From a virus (lineage: Duplodnaviria; Caudoviricetes), in the IMG/VR virus record IMGVR_UViG_3300020305_000063, positions 1 through 31,804 of that record: a DNA stretch of 31,804 bases. The stretch is one strand, 5' to 3'. Below are positions 18,387 through 26,367 of this stretch, piece by piece (within the stretch, counting starts at the first letter, position 1; each line of letters starts with the position of its first letter). The position numbers and the translations under genes are program-made. The notes below the pieces were generated by a model. It was given only the letters and a program-made list of their open reading frames with translations. It was not told where the DNA came from and ran no database searches.

Positions 18387-18628
18387 GAGTTCAATCCTCC
18401 CTCATTGCCACTGATGTTCAGTGTATTTCGTAGAGAACTAGATGTAACTCTATTCTTTTGTGTAGATGCTTTCTTCTGTGCACCTATTCGCAAGTCCGGC
18501 TGCGAGCCAACAGGCTGCGTCTGCTTAGGTGCAGGTGCAGGCTTCGGTGGCGGCGGTGGAGGTGCGGGTGCAGGAGGAAGCGGCGGTGGCTTTGGTGGAC
18601 GAGGAGGTGTTGGTGCTCCAAAACACAT
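18383..18628 (-). CDS. Small Pro-rich virion protein (positional analogue of T7 gp6.7/7.3; track ORF extends to 18658)
   Basis: MCFG start via TAATG overlap, poly-Pro tract, and position just before the portal. Confidence 0.65.
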   Translation of the reverse strand: MCFGAPTPPRPPKPPPLPPAPAPPPPPPKPAPAPKQTQPVGSQPDLRIGAQKKASTQKNRVTSSSLRNTLNISGNEGGLNS

Positions 18629-18819
18629 TAATCTTGCTCCATTTGTTGTTTGATCCACTCCACAACATGACGTTGACCAGCTCGATACATGATCTGTTCA
18701 ATCGGCATGTCAGGAGTAGGGTTAACGGGTGGAAAAGTTTCTTCTAAAGACTCAAGTACCTGCTGTGAATGCAGGCCAACAGTCTCTAGGAGATTAAGCA
18801 TATTGTGGGAGGTTGACAT
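18628..18819 (-). CDS. Hypothetical protein (LEETFPPVNPTP...IMYRAGQRHVVEWI; track ORF extends to 18888)
   Basis: Motif familiar from T7-like phage ORFs before the portal. Likely ATG at 18819, inside the RNR beta gene. Confidence 0.7.
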   Translation of the reverse strand: MSTSHNMLNLLETVGLHSQQVLESLEETFPPVNPTPDMPIEQIMYRAGQRHVVEWIKQQMEQD

Positions 18820-19510
18820 TAGAATGCTCAAAGAATGCTGGCATCCGAGCAGACTTAGTGGCAGATAGTTCAGGTGCTTTACCTTCATACATCAGCCGGT
18901 CACTGGAATCCAACCAAAATTTTTTGTTCAGATATTTATCAGTTGCTGTAGCGGACAGCGGTTGCATCACCCAGTTAATAGTTGCCTTGCGTAGCTTATC
19001 CAGGGACTGAGAAGGAACGAGTCCAAGCTCAGCACACACAAGGCTATTAGTCGCCACATGTATTTGTTCATCTCTGCTTATGTCCGCAGAGGTTGTACGC
19101 ATTGCAGCGTCACCATTAAATCGAAAGAATGGGAGTAGTACGAAGAAAATCGCACGCTCGGCAACCATTGCTTTGAGTACCGTGTGATCTGGATGCGACA
19201 CCCACGCTTCTCGTAGCGCCATCGCTTCCTTCTCAGCTTTTTCATCAACGCCGTAAGCATCGGCAATGAAACCGAGTGCCAGGTCGTGGTTCTCTTCATC
19301 CCGTACATTGTGGATGAGTATCTCTCTTGAGACTTCTGGTATGTCAGTGGATAGAGCATCGGTAATAAAATCTCCGACAGGTAATTCCATATGCCTTAAT
19401 GCAAGAGCGCGATAGATAGCTTCCTCCGCACCTTCCTTGCAGACACCAGCTGTAGGTTTAACTGGTGTCCATTTGCGCTTACGCGCCATTAGTTTTTGAT
19501 AAGGGTTCAT
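18794..19510 (-). CDS. nrdB: Ferritin-like ribonucleotide reductase small (beta) subunit
   Basis: Two ExxH motifs (DEENH, DEQIH) plus additional Glu ligands and a C-terminal Tyr. Coupled to RNR alpha by ATGA. Confidence 0.75.
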   Translation of the reverse strand: MNPYQKLMARKRKWTPVKPTAGVCKEGAEEAIYRALALRHMELPVGDFITDALSTDIPEVSREILIHNVRDEENHDLALGFIADAYGVDEKAEKEAMALREAWVSHPDHTVLKAMVAERAIFFVLLPFFRFNGDAAMRTTSADISRDEQIHVATNSLVCAELGLVPSQSLDKLRKATINWVMQPLSATATDKYLNKKFWLDSSDRLMYEGKAPELSATKSARMPAFFEHSNVNLPQYA

Positions 19511-20883
19511 TCTGCACAGTCACATTCAAGTTCTTTCTCAGGTTCAAGGATGCTGCTCAAGTAATCATCAACGTCAGCTTCATCCAAAGCAGCATACGCA
19601 TTTGATTTATCTTGAACATCACCCATCACCTGCAAGCTGTAATACAGCGATGTTTGTGGAGACCGTAGCCACTCTTCGATGAACTCATTATCCATGACAG
19701 TCATATCAGACCACCAATTAAATGAGTAACCGTGTAGAAGTCCACTGCGTTGGTAGAGTTCCATGATGCCGTCAGCGACAGCTTTATAGTTTTCCCAACC
19801 AACTTCACTAGCGATTTCTACATCGCCATAGTCATATGTCTGGACACCAAAGGTGCCGGAGTCACGGTCAACTGTCCGTGCAATAGGTGGTGCAATCTCA
19901 GGTGTACAGGTATAACCATCAGAGTCCTTTGAGCGATAGCTACAAGACGCTGTGGGAGCGATTGCAAAGGCTCGCACCATGTTGTAACGACGAGCAATAC
20001 CTGCAGCATCCTGGATGCCCTGGTTAATTTTCTTCACCAAGGTATAAGCAACTGTTGCTTTCTCTACTCCTGCCAAGAACTGCTTAAGTGCTCGTCCAAA
20101 CTGTTCGTATGTGACACCGTACTTTCGCAAGAGGTTTGCGAGACCCAACACTCCAAGTCCAACTTGTCGATCCTCGGTAGGACTGAGGTATTCTCCAGTC
20201 TCTCCAACACCTGTTTCTGCATGGAGTTCACAAAGTTCTGACATCCCTTGCATGAAAGCAGTAGGGATTTCATCGAATGAACATGCTCCAAGGCTAACGT
20301 GCTGTAGCAGACAGGTCCCTCGGGATGGCAAGTACACTTCAAGGCATACATTTCCACGGATTCTTTTGTTTCCTTCATACTTAACTTTGTTCAGCCAGAT
20401 ATCACCAGCTTTGATAGCTTTCAGTAATTTTTGTCTCGTGATGATGTCCATATCATCCCACCACTCTTGAGTGATATTCACACAACGCTTTACCCATGGG
20501 AGCACTTCTCGCGGAGCGGTAATGAACTCATCAATATCCGGATGCGACGCGTCCAGATGGAGCACTATCGCACCGTTCTTGTACTTGCCTCCTCTTCGGA
20601 GAGTTTCGTTAAGAGCTGATAGGATTCTCCCAAATGAAACAGGACCAGACGCAACGACACCTGATGGTCTCTCGTATCCCTTGGGATCGAGTCGCGATAG
20701 ATGTACTGCAACTCCTGCACCATTTCGGAGAGCATGGGAAGCAAATCGCCAACTGGCTTCGATTCCATTTGGTCCCTCCATTTCATTGTCACACACAAAT
20801 ACCGTGCACGACACGGGTAAACGTCCAGTCGGATCATCAATCCAACTTTGTACACGTCCAGTTCTAGAAATTAGTTCTCTCAT
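19507..20883 (-). CDS. nrdA: Ribonucleotide reductase large subunit (compact cyanopodovirus type)
   Basis: VSC, GNVCLEV (N-x-C-x-E), GLGVLG, AIAPTASCS, SLYYS and C-terminal ECDC motifs. Confidence 0.92.
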   Translation of the reverse strand: MRELISRTGRVQSWIDDPTGRLPVSCTVFVCDNEMEGPNGIEASWRFASHALRNGAGVAVHLSRLDPKGYERPSGVVASGPVSFGRILSALNETLRRGGKYKNGAIVLHLDASHPDIDEFITAPREVLPWVKRCVNITQEWWDDMDIITRQKLLKAIKAGDIWLNKVKYEGNKRIRGNVCLEVYLPSRGTCLLQHVSLGACSFDEIPTAFMQGMSELCELHAETGVGETGEYLSPTEDRQVGLGVLGLANLLRKYGVTYEQFGRALKQFLAGVEKATVAYTLVKKINQGIQDAAGIARRYNMVRAFAIAPTASCSYRSKDSDGYTCTPEIAPPIARTVDRDSGTFGVQTYDYGDVEIASEVGWENYKAVADGIMELYQRSGLLHGYSFNWWSDMTVMDNEFIEEWLRSPQTSLYYSLQVMGDVQDKSNAYAALDEADVDDYLSSILEPEKELECDCAE

Positions 20884-21230
20884 TCGACCAAGTCTTTCAA
20901 ATTAGGTGGTTGATAGTTCGGTCCTTTCAAGACCTTTCCATCCTTGCGGCGGATGGGTGTTCCGTCTAAGCCAAGCTTCGACATGTTTGATTTATGAACA
21001 CGATCCATGGCTTCCTCAAGATCCCATTCCATGTTCTCTGCATATTGGAAGCAGACATATACAAGGTCCGCTAGTTCTTTTAGTTCTTGCTCGTAACCTT
21101 CATTACCTCGTGCATAACAAAGTTCGCTGTACTCTTCAGCGATCAAATCCAGTTGCATAGTCCGGTTCTCCGTCGAGTTCTGGATTCCATAGGCTGATCG
21201 GAACTGTATTGCTTGGTCGCTTAGACTCAT
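20880..21230 (-). CDS. mazG: MazG-like all-alpha NTP pyrophosphohydrolase (start 21230 or 21257; track ORF extends to 21344)
   Basis: LIAEEYSEL, KELADLVYV, VHKSNMSK and RKDGKVLKGPNY motifs. Confidence 0.85.
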   Translation of the reverse strand: MSLSDQAIQFRSAYGIQNSTENRTMQLDLIAEEYSELCYARGNEGYEQELKELADLVYVCFQYAENMEWDLEEAMDRVHKSNMSKLGLDGTPIRRKDGKVLKGPNYQPPNLKDLVE

Positions 21231-21429
21231 CTTCTGACAGTGTGTGGTGTAATTCATTCTCAAGGTAGTGGATAGCCTTTTTAAGGTCCTCAATCTCTGA
21301 GTGAGGACTTTTGAAACCGGCTCTGCAAATATATTTAATAGCATTGCCGCGGAAGTAATTTAGTCCTTGGTCTCTAATGAAGTCCCAGACTTCGATAGAT
21401 CCTCGGGTGTAGTGGGATGGATTGTCCAT
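21136..21429 (-). CDS. DUF3310 / T7 gp1.7-like (putative nucleotide kinase) protein
   Basis: NPSHY..G.IE..DFI, GNAIKY..RAG.K and EDLKKA..YL signature. Confidence 0.85.
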   Translation of the reverse strand: MDNPSHYTRGSIEVWDFIRDQGLNYFRGNAIKYICRAGFKSPHSEIEDLKKAIHYLENELHHTLSEDESKRPSNTVPISLWNPELDGEPDYATGFDR

Positions 21430-21620
21430 GCTTTGAGTAGTTGACCAATGTTGTTGGTCAAGATAAAGTTGGTCTTTTGTAGATCTAAAAATAAGGGAAT
21501 GATATCAGCTTTAGTTGTGACATCACGTTCAAGTAAGTCAGCAATTCGCCTTAGCTTAAATTGTTGTTCTATTGAAATTTCAGTCGTAGGCATCGGTGGG
21601 AGACCATAAGATAGGTCCAT
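21360..21620 (-). CDS. nblA: NblA-like phycobilisome degradation adaptor (start 21620 or 21593; track ORF extends to 21635)
   Basis: EISIEQQFKLR resembles the NblA ELSLEQQF motif, followed by a second amphipathic helix ending LLKAW (NblA LLKHQW). Confidence 0.7.
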   Translation of the reverse strand: MDLSYGLPPMPTTEISIEQQFKLRRIADLLERDVTTKADIIPLFLDLQKTNFILTNNIGQLLKAWTIHPTTPEDLSKSGTSLETKD

Positions 21621-22299
21621 TGTTGTAGTCCTCAACAGTTAAGATCTTTGCAAGTCGTGCATTCTTCAAAGCATCCTCTTCTGTGAGACCTTTTTGAATA
21701 AATGCGTCCAAAACGCTATTCCAAGTGTATCCGTTTTCGCCAAAAAATTTTGCGCTAGTTTTTACACCGAACCCTGGTGCACCGGAATAACCGTCAGTTT
21801 GGTCGCCTGATAGTGTTTGAATCAAGAACCATTGCCAGCCGTCTTGTTTGGTGATTGTGAACATTTTGTCCAGATTGAACAGCTTGCCTGGTATCTGTTT
21901 CATGTCCTTGTCTGGCGAGCAGATAATGCAGTCATCATTCGATGTTGCATAAACACCCATGGCGTCATCTGCTTCTAGCTCAGGCATGATGATTACTTTA
22001 TAGTCATCGTGGAGCTTGTTAATTACTCGCTTGTAACCACAGGGTTTCTTGCGGTTGCGGTGACCTTTGTACGCTGGGTCAACACGTTTCCTAAAGTTAA
22101 TAGAATCACTAAAGAAAAGAACGACATCAGCATCAAAGAAACCGGATTTAATACGATTGATATCTTTAATAGTGTTGGCATACGCCTCGCTGAATTTAGA
22201 TCCGACAACAATTACATCATTGCCGTAGTCAATATCAAACTCTGCAGCAGCACAGCTTTTGTAAACAATATAGTCAGCGTCGATCAGGAGTTTAGTCAT
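21580..22299 (-). CDS. gp6: 5'-3' exonuclease
   Basis: LLIDADY, NFRK...YKGHR, LEADDAMG, SPDKDMKQIPG and GDQTDGYSGAPGFG motifs. Confidence 0.93.
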   Translation of the reverse strand: MTKLLIDADYIVYKSCAAAEFDIDYGNDVIVVGSKFSEAYANTIKDINRIKSGFFDADVVLFFSDSINFRKRVDPAYKGHRNRKKPCGYKRVINKLHDDYKVIIMPELEADDAMGVYATSNDDCIICSPDKDMKQIPGKLFNLDKMFTITKQDGWQWFLIQTLSGDQTDGYSGAPGFGVKTSAKFFGENGYTWNSVLDAFIQKGLTEEDALKNARLAKILTVEDYNNGPILWSPTDAYD

Positions 22300-22412
22300 C
22301 CTTGTCCTCGCTTTAGTTTCCTCCCGTGCGATGGTTTGCTACTGCGTCCATTGCCTTGACGAGATTTCTTAGCAGGTTTTGCAACCTTAACGTTTGTCTT
22401 TCCGTATAGCAT
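22296..22412 (-). CDS. Small basic peptide, 38 aa (MLYGKTNVKVAKPAKKSRQGNGRSSKPSHGRKLKRGQG)
   Basis: Hand-translated. TAATG overlap with the polymerase stop and ATGA overlap with the gp6 start. Confidence 0.75.
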   Translation of the reverse strand: MLYGKTNVKVAKPAKKSRQGNGRSSKPSHGRKLKRGQG

Positions 22413-23680
22413 TAGTGGGTTTCACTCCAGTTTTTTCCAGTGGTGGCTTCTGCATCAATCCTGCAGCGGATGTTGTAGTACTCTCCAGCTTTTGTAGCTG
22501 CAAGTACCAAGGATGAACATAAGTCTTGTGCATGATTTGGATCAACCTCGAACTGCAATTCATCGTGCACGAATGCAAGCTGTGAGCAGCACAGGTTTAG
22601 TTGTTTAATGTGATTGTTATTGATGACCATCCACCGCTTTGCGACGACACCGGCTCCTGACTGGAGCAGGAAGTTCAGCGCTTTATGCGGCGAATCCAAC
22701 GCAATTTTTCGACCATCGATGCTTTTGATAAATCCACGCTCCGCAGCTTTTTTAACTGCATCGAGGAGATCACTGAGTCCATCAATTGCGTCAACATACG
22801 CGGCACGAATCTCTTTTCCTTTCTTCTTCGCTTTCGCGGAAGATAGCTGTTTGTCATAACTGTGTCCGATCTTTTCATCGCCAGCTCCATACAGAAAGGC
22901 GTATGAAATTGTCTTAATTTGTGATCTTGTGACGCCTACTTTATCAGCATTGACTTGATGAATGTCTCCGTTGAGGAGGATGTCCGCATACCTTCCGGAG
23001 TCCCACCTAGCAAGATAATGAGATAACATCCTAAGCTCAATGCCAGATAGGTCAGCGCCACACATGACCAAGCCTTTTGACGGAATGAATAGTTGTCTGA
23101 ATCTTTCATCTGAAGGTACTTGCGCCAAGTTTGGGTTTCGATGGGCGCATCTGTGTGTGCTCGTGCTAACACTGCAGTGATGATGTATCCGGTCATTCGT
23201 ACTCAGCTTCAGCCAGGCGTTCGTGCCGTTCGAGAGCATCCCAAGCATTTTCGTTACCGTCAAACATCTCGCAAACTGCATACTGATCTCTGATCCAATC
23301 TCGGTCAGAATAACTTCGTCTACGACTGGCTTCCCAGTAGTTGTCATCTGGGTCGGAGTCCAACCATAGTGTGTTGTTAATATCCATGCGATGTGATCTC
23401 TCGAAGTACAATTAAGGTCTTTCAGTCGAGTAAAGGGTGCACCCTCCGCATATCCTTGCGTCCGATTATTTCGGCGCGGAGTGAATTCTGCTCCTCCGAC
23501 GTAAGGGTGTCTCCGTCGTAGTGCCTCTTCAATCTCTCGAAGCTCTTGTGAGAGAGAAGATGTAAGTTTCCATGCAGCAGCTTCGTCAAATCTCCATCCA
23601 TGAATCTCCTGTTCAGTAAGTAATTGTTGTACCTGGTGCTCTAACGAGACCCACTCAGGTAAGGTTGAAAGTGTTTCCAA
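22412..23680 (-). CDS. gp5: DNA polymerase (family A), polymerase domain; second part of split gp5 (frame open to 23746)
   Basis: PNLAQVP, motif A (DLSGIELR), motif B (RSQIKTISYAFLYG) and motif C (VHDE). Candidate TTG start at 23680. Confidence 0.93.
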   Translation of the reverse strand: METLSTLPEWVSLEHQVQQLLTEQEIHGWRFDEAAAWKLTSSLSQELREIEEALRRRHPYVGGAEFTPRRNNRTQGYAEGAPFTRLKDLNCTSRDHIAWILTTHYGWTPTQMTTTGKPVVDEVILTEIGSEISMQFARCLTVTKMLGMLSNGTNAWLKLSTNDRIHHHCSVSTSTHRCAHRNPNLAQVPSDERFRQLFIPSKGLVMCGADLSGIELRMLSHYLARWDSGRYADILLNGDIHQVNADKVGVTRSQIKTISYAFLYGAGDEKIGHSYDKQLSSAKAKKKGKEIRAAYVDAIDGLSDLLDAVKKAAERGFIKSIDGRKIALDSPHKALNFLLQSGAGVVAKRWMVINNNHIKQLNLCCSQLAFVHDELQFEVDPNHAQDLCSSLVLAATKAGEYYNIRCRIDAEATTGKNWSETH

Positions 23681-24171
23681 AGTTTGGTGGTAACGTGAAC
23701 ATCTTGTATGCAATAATCTTCCATTTCTTGGCTCCAATTTTGCCAATCAGTGCTTTTGCCGAATGAACCTTTAAATTCACCTAGTCTGTATCCGTATGAT
23801 TCAAGTGAGTGTCTGCCATATAGTTGTGGTGGCATATGCTTCCAGTTATGTTTCTTGTCTAGCTTCATCATGTCGGCGTGGTAAAGCCTAGACAGTAAAA
23901 GAGTGTCAATGACAGTCCCAGGAGAAATAAACCAAGGGAATAGTTTCCGAAGAACAGGAATGTCATACCCAATGATGTGGTGACCAATGATGCAATCAGC
24001 ATCCGCAAGTCGTTGTATCCCACGTACAACAGGTTCTTCATTGCCCGTGTCGTTATATGAGAAAGTTTCTTCTGTATCGATGTCATAAATAGCAAGGCAG
24101 TGGATGGTAGAAACATCTTTTAGTAATCCATCAGTTTCAAGGTCAAAAATTAGGCTCACTTCTGTTTCCAT
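23641..24171 (-). CDS. gp5: DNA polymerase 3'-5' exonuclease domain; first part of split gp5 (alternative GTG start at 24159)
   Basis: ExoI FDLETDG, ExoII GHHIIGYD and ExoIII YCIQDV, plus HSLESYGYRLGEFKG. Own TAG stop at 23641-23643. Confidence 0.9.
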   Translation of the reverse strand: METEVSLIFDLETDGLLKDVSTIHCLAIYDIDTEETFSYNDTGNEEPVVRGIQRLADADCIIGHHIIGYDIPVLRKLFPWFISPGTVIDTLLLSRLYHADMMKLDKKHNWKHMPPQLYGRHSLESYGYRLGEFKGSFGKSTDWQNWSQEMEDYCIQDVHVTTKLWKHFQPYLSGSR

Positions 24172-24296
24172 ACGTAGGTCTTATCCACGAATTGAGCACG
24201 TTTAATTGCCTCTTCCGTAGGTGGGTTTGGTCGAGCGAGTTTCTCTTCAAAAGAGTCGTAATCAAAAATCTGTTGTCGGGTCGAATTCCTTTTCAC
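24156..24296 (-). CDS. Hypothetical protein, 46 aa (MKRNSTRQQIFDYDSFEEKLARPNPPTEEAIKRAQFVDKTYVWKQK)
   Basis: Hand-translated. GTG start with GAGG upstream. Fills the helicase-exonuclease gap and ends in a GTGA overlap with the exo ORF. Confidence 0.55.
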   Translation of the reverse strand: MKRNSTRQQIFDYDSFEEKLARPNPPTEEAIKRAQFVDKTYVWKQK

Positions 24297-25839
24297 CTTC
24301 TGTTTCCTCAAATTTGCAGTTTTCTAAGTTATACGCGAGTGTACAAGCTACACCAGTTTCGCCAGAATAACGATTTTTAAGGACTCTAACAGTCGTAATA
24401 CCTCCATCTTTTCCGGATTGCTGATCTCTCTCCAATCCAATGACCGAGTCGCTGAGTTGAGCGATTGCAGCAGATCCGCGCAATTGTCCGAGCGTGACTC
24501 TTGCTCCCTCTTCATGATTTTTATCTCCAATAGATCGCCTCAGATGTGAGACGAGAAATAGTGAAATGCCTGTTCGTTCTACCAATGACCTGAGCTTAGT
24601 CATGGTCGTATCGATCATTCGTCGTTCGTCTCCGTCCAGTCCACTGAGGAGGATGGAGAGGTGGTCGAGGAAGATGATCTTGCAGTCGAGACCCGATGCC
24701 AGATACTCAATCCGATTATAGATAACATCAGGGTCATAGGAGCCGAAACCATCAAACAAATAGAGGCTCCAATTAGCCAGTGTCTTATCGAACGCAGACG
24801 TGAGTTCTTCATGGGTATGTTCTCCAAGGTGCAGTGACTTACCCACCGCAGCTGACATCAATCCAAGAGCGGTTCTACGATTGGACTCTTCGAGAGCCAA
24901 GTAACCAACCCGTTCTCCTTTTTGTAGTAACTGAGTTGCAATGTCCCGACAGAAGCTGGATTTGCCAATGCCACTGCCAGCAGTGATCGTTGTAAGTTCT
25001 CCGTATCGAATACCGTGTAATTTGACGTTAAGTCCTGGAAAGGGATAGTCATGATCCGATGGTGTTTGTGGTGTAGTAACTAATTCAAGTAAACTCTTGC
25101 CTTCAACAATGCCGTCTGGTCGATATGATTGTTTCGCCCAGAATGCATCATCAATTGCCTTACGATCGTTCGCTTGCCATGCGTCTGAGAGGTCCTTGTA
25201 AGCCTCTAGGCGGGCGATGAAAACCTTGCCAGGAGGTAACACACCAGCAGCAGCTTTTGCAGCCTCCTGACCTGGTTCATCATTATCGAACCAAAGGACA
25301 ATCTCTTCATATCCTTGCAAGAATTCGAAGTTTTTTTGTACTGATTTCTTTGCTCCTGCTGCTCCTGTCGGAAGTGAGACAACGTCCCATCCCGGCATGT
25401 ACTCATAATACGTTGCAGCATCAAGCTCTCCCTCAGTAATGATAATTCGCTTACCATAACCTTTCCATAAGTGTTGACCAAAGAAAGATCCGTCCGACTC
25501 ACCTTCGTAGGAGAAGTCCTTACTAGCTGTGCGAATCTTCGCGCCGATAGGTAAGCCATTGGAATTATGATAATAGAATCTTAGTTTGTCTCCATCCCTG
25601 TAAATCTTATACTTTTCACAGGTCTTCTCGGAGATATTACGTTTGTGCAGCCGTCCGGCTGACCCTATGTAACTCATCCTGAAATGATGATTGTGAACAA
25701 CAACAGGTTGTTCGTCTCCAATTGTATGGGTGTGACACACAAAGCAATAAGTGTGACCATCTGTATAGACAGCTTTACCATCTGATGAGCCACACTCTGT
25801 ACATGCGTCGTGTCTTATGAATTCAGACGAGCCATTCAA
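24262..25839 (-). CDS. gp4: Primase/helicase (probable TTG start 25839; track ORF extends to 25959)
   Basis: Zn finger (CTECGSSD...YCFVC), TOPRIM (EGELDA, FDND), Walker A (AGSGIGKS), DHLS, LRGS, KNR and an acidic tail ending TDF. Confidence 0.95.
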   Translation of the reverse strand: MNGSSEFIRHDACTECGSSDGKAVYTDGHTYCFVCHTHTIGDEQPVVVHNHHFRMSYIGSAGRLHKRNISEKTCEKYKIYRDGDKLRFYYHNSNGLPIGAKIRTASKDFSYEGESDGSFFGQHLWKGYGKRIIITEGELDAATYYEYMPGWDVVSLPTGAAGAKKSVQKNFEFLQGYEEIVLWFDNDEPGQEAAKAAAGVLPPGKVFIARLEAYKDLSDAWQANDRKAIDDAFWAKQSYRPDGIVEGKSLLELVTTPQTPSDHDYPFPGLNVKLHGIRYGELTTITAGSGIGKSSFCRDIATQLLQKGERVGYLALEESNRRTALGLMSAAVGKSLHLGEHTHEELTSAFDKTLANWSLYLFDGFGSYDPDVIYNRIEYLASGLDCKIIFLDHLSILLSGLDGDERRMIDTTMTKLRSLVERTGISLFLVSHLRRSIGDKNHEEGARVTLGQLRGSAAIAQLSDSVIGLERDQQSGKDGGITTVRVLKNRYSGETGVACTLAYNLENCKFEETEGEKEFDPTTDF

Positions 25840-26176
25840 CTGGGATTGTTGTGAAGCTTGTCCAGGGTATATCATGTTTATCGCACCATTGTGCGTATGT
25901 AGTCTTTGATTTCTTTGAGATCTTATTGTAAGGAGTCTGGAAGACCATACGAATATCAAGCTCAGGATTCTGTTGCTTTACAGCTTTGATCTTGCGCCTG
26001 TCCTCGGGATCCCAATAACCCTTACATTCTAGAAATATACCATTTGGCAATAAAAAGTCAGGTGTGTAGTTGTGTTGAATCTGGTACGGGACCTTTGTTG
26101 ATTCATACTCATACTTCACACCCAAGTTAATCATAAGATCAGCGACTCTTTCTTCAAGTCCTGATCTGAATGCCAT
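25823..26176 (-). CDS. gp3: Endonuclease I (Holliday junction resolvase)
   Basis: FRSGLEE, YTPDFLLPNG, ECKG and W motifs. ATG at 26176 via TAATG overlap with hli. Confidence 0.93.
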   Translation of the reverse strand: MAFRSGLEERVADLMINLGVKYEYESTKVPYQIQHNYTPDFLLPNGIFLECKGYWDPEDRRKIKAVKQQNPELDIRMVFQTPYNKISKKSKTTYAQWCDKHDIPWTSFTTIPVEWLV

Positions 26177-26367
26177 TACCAAATACCGGGAATGATCTGT
26201 CCTGTCAATGCGTATGCACCAAGTGCAGCGATGACACCCATCATTGCCAGGCGTCCGTTCAAGCGTTCCGCACGCTCATTGTGAGTTTCATGTACTTCCA
26301 TAATCTCCATTGGTGGTTCTTTTGCAAAAAGGTTCTGGCGTCCGCCATCTTCAGTTGTGACTGTCAT
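26176..26367 (-). CDS. hli: High-light-inducible protein
   Basis: AERLNGRLAMMG chlorophyll-binding motif and a C-terminal TGQIIPGIW. Confidence 0.95.
   Translation of the reverse strand: MTVTTEDGGRQNLFAKEPPMEIMEVHETHNERAERLNGRLAMMGVIAALGAYALTGQIIPGIW

Noticed and set aside
18520-18615. GC-rich low-complexity repeat
   Set aside because: Explained by poly-proline coding of the small virion protein.
22880-22930. Tyr at the PolA 762-equivalent position as a novelty
   Set aside because: This is the same as T7 and expected for this family.
25840-25959. N-terminal extension of primase/helicase in the ORF track
   Set aside because: It lies wholly inside the endonuclease gene and precedes the recognisable Zn-finger start.
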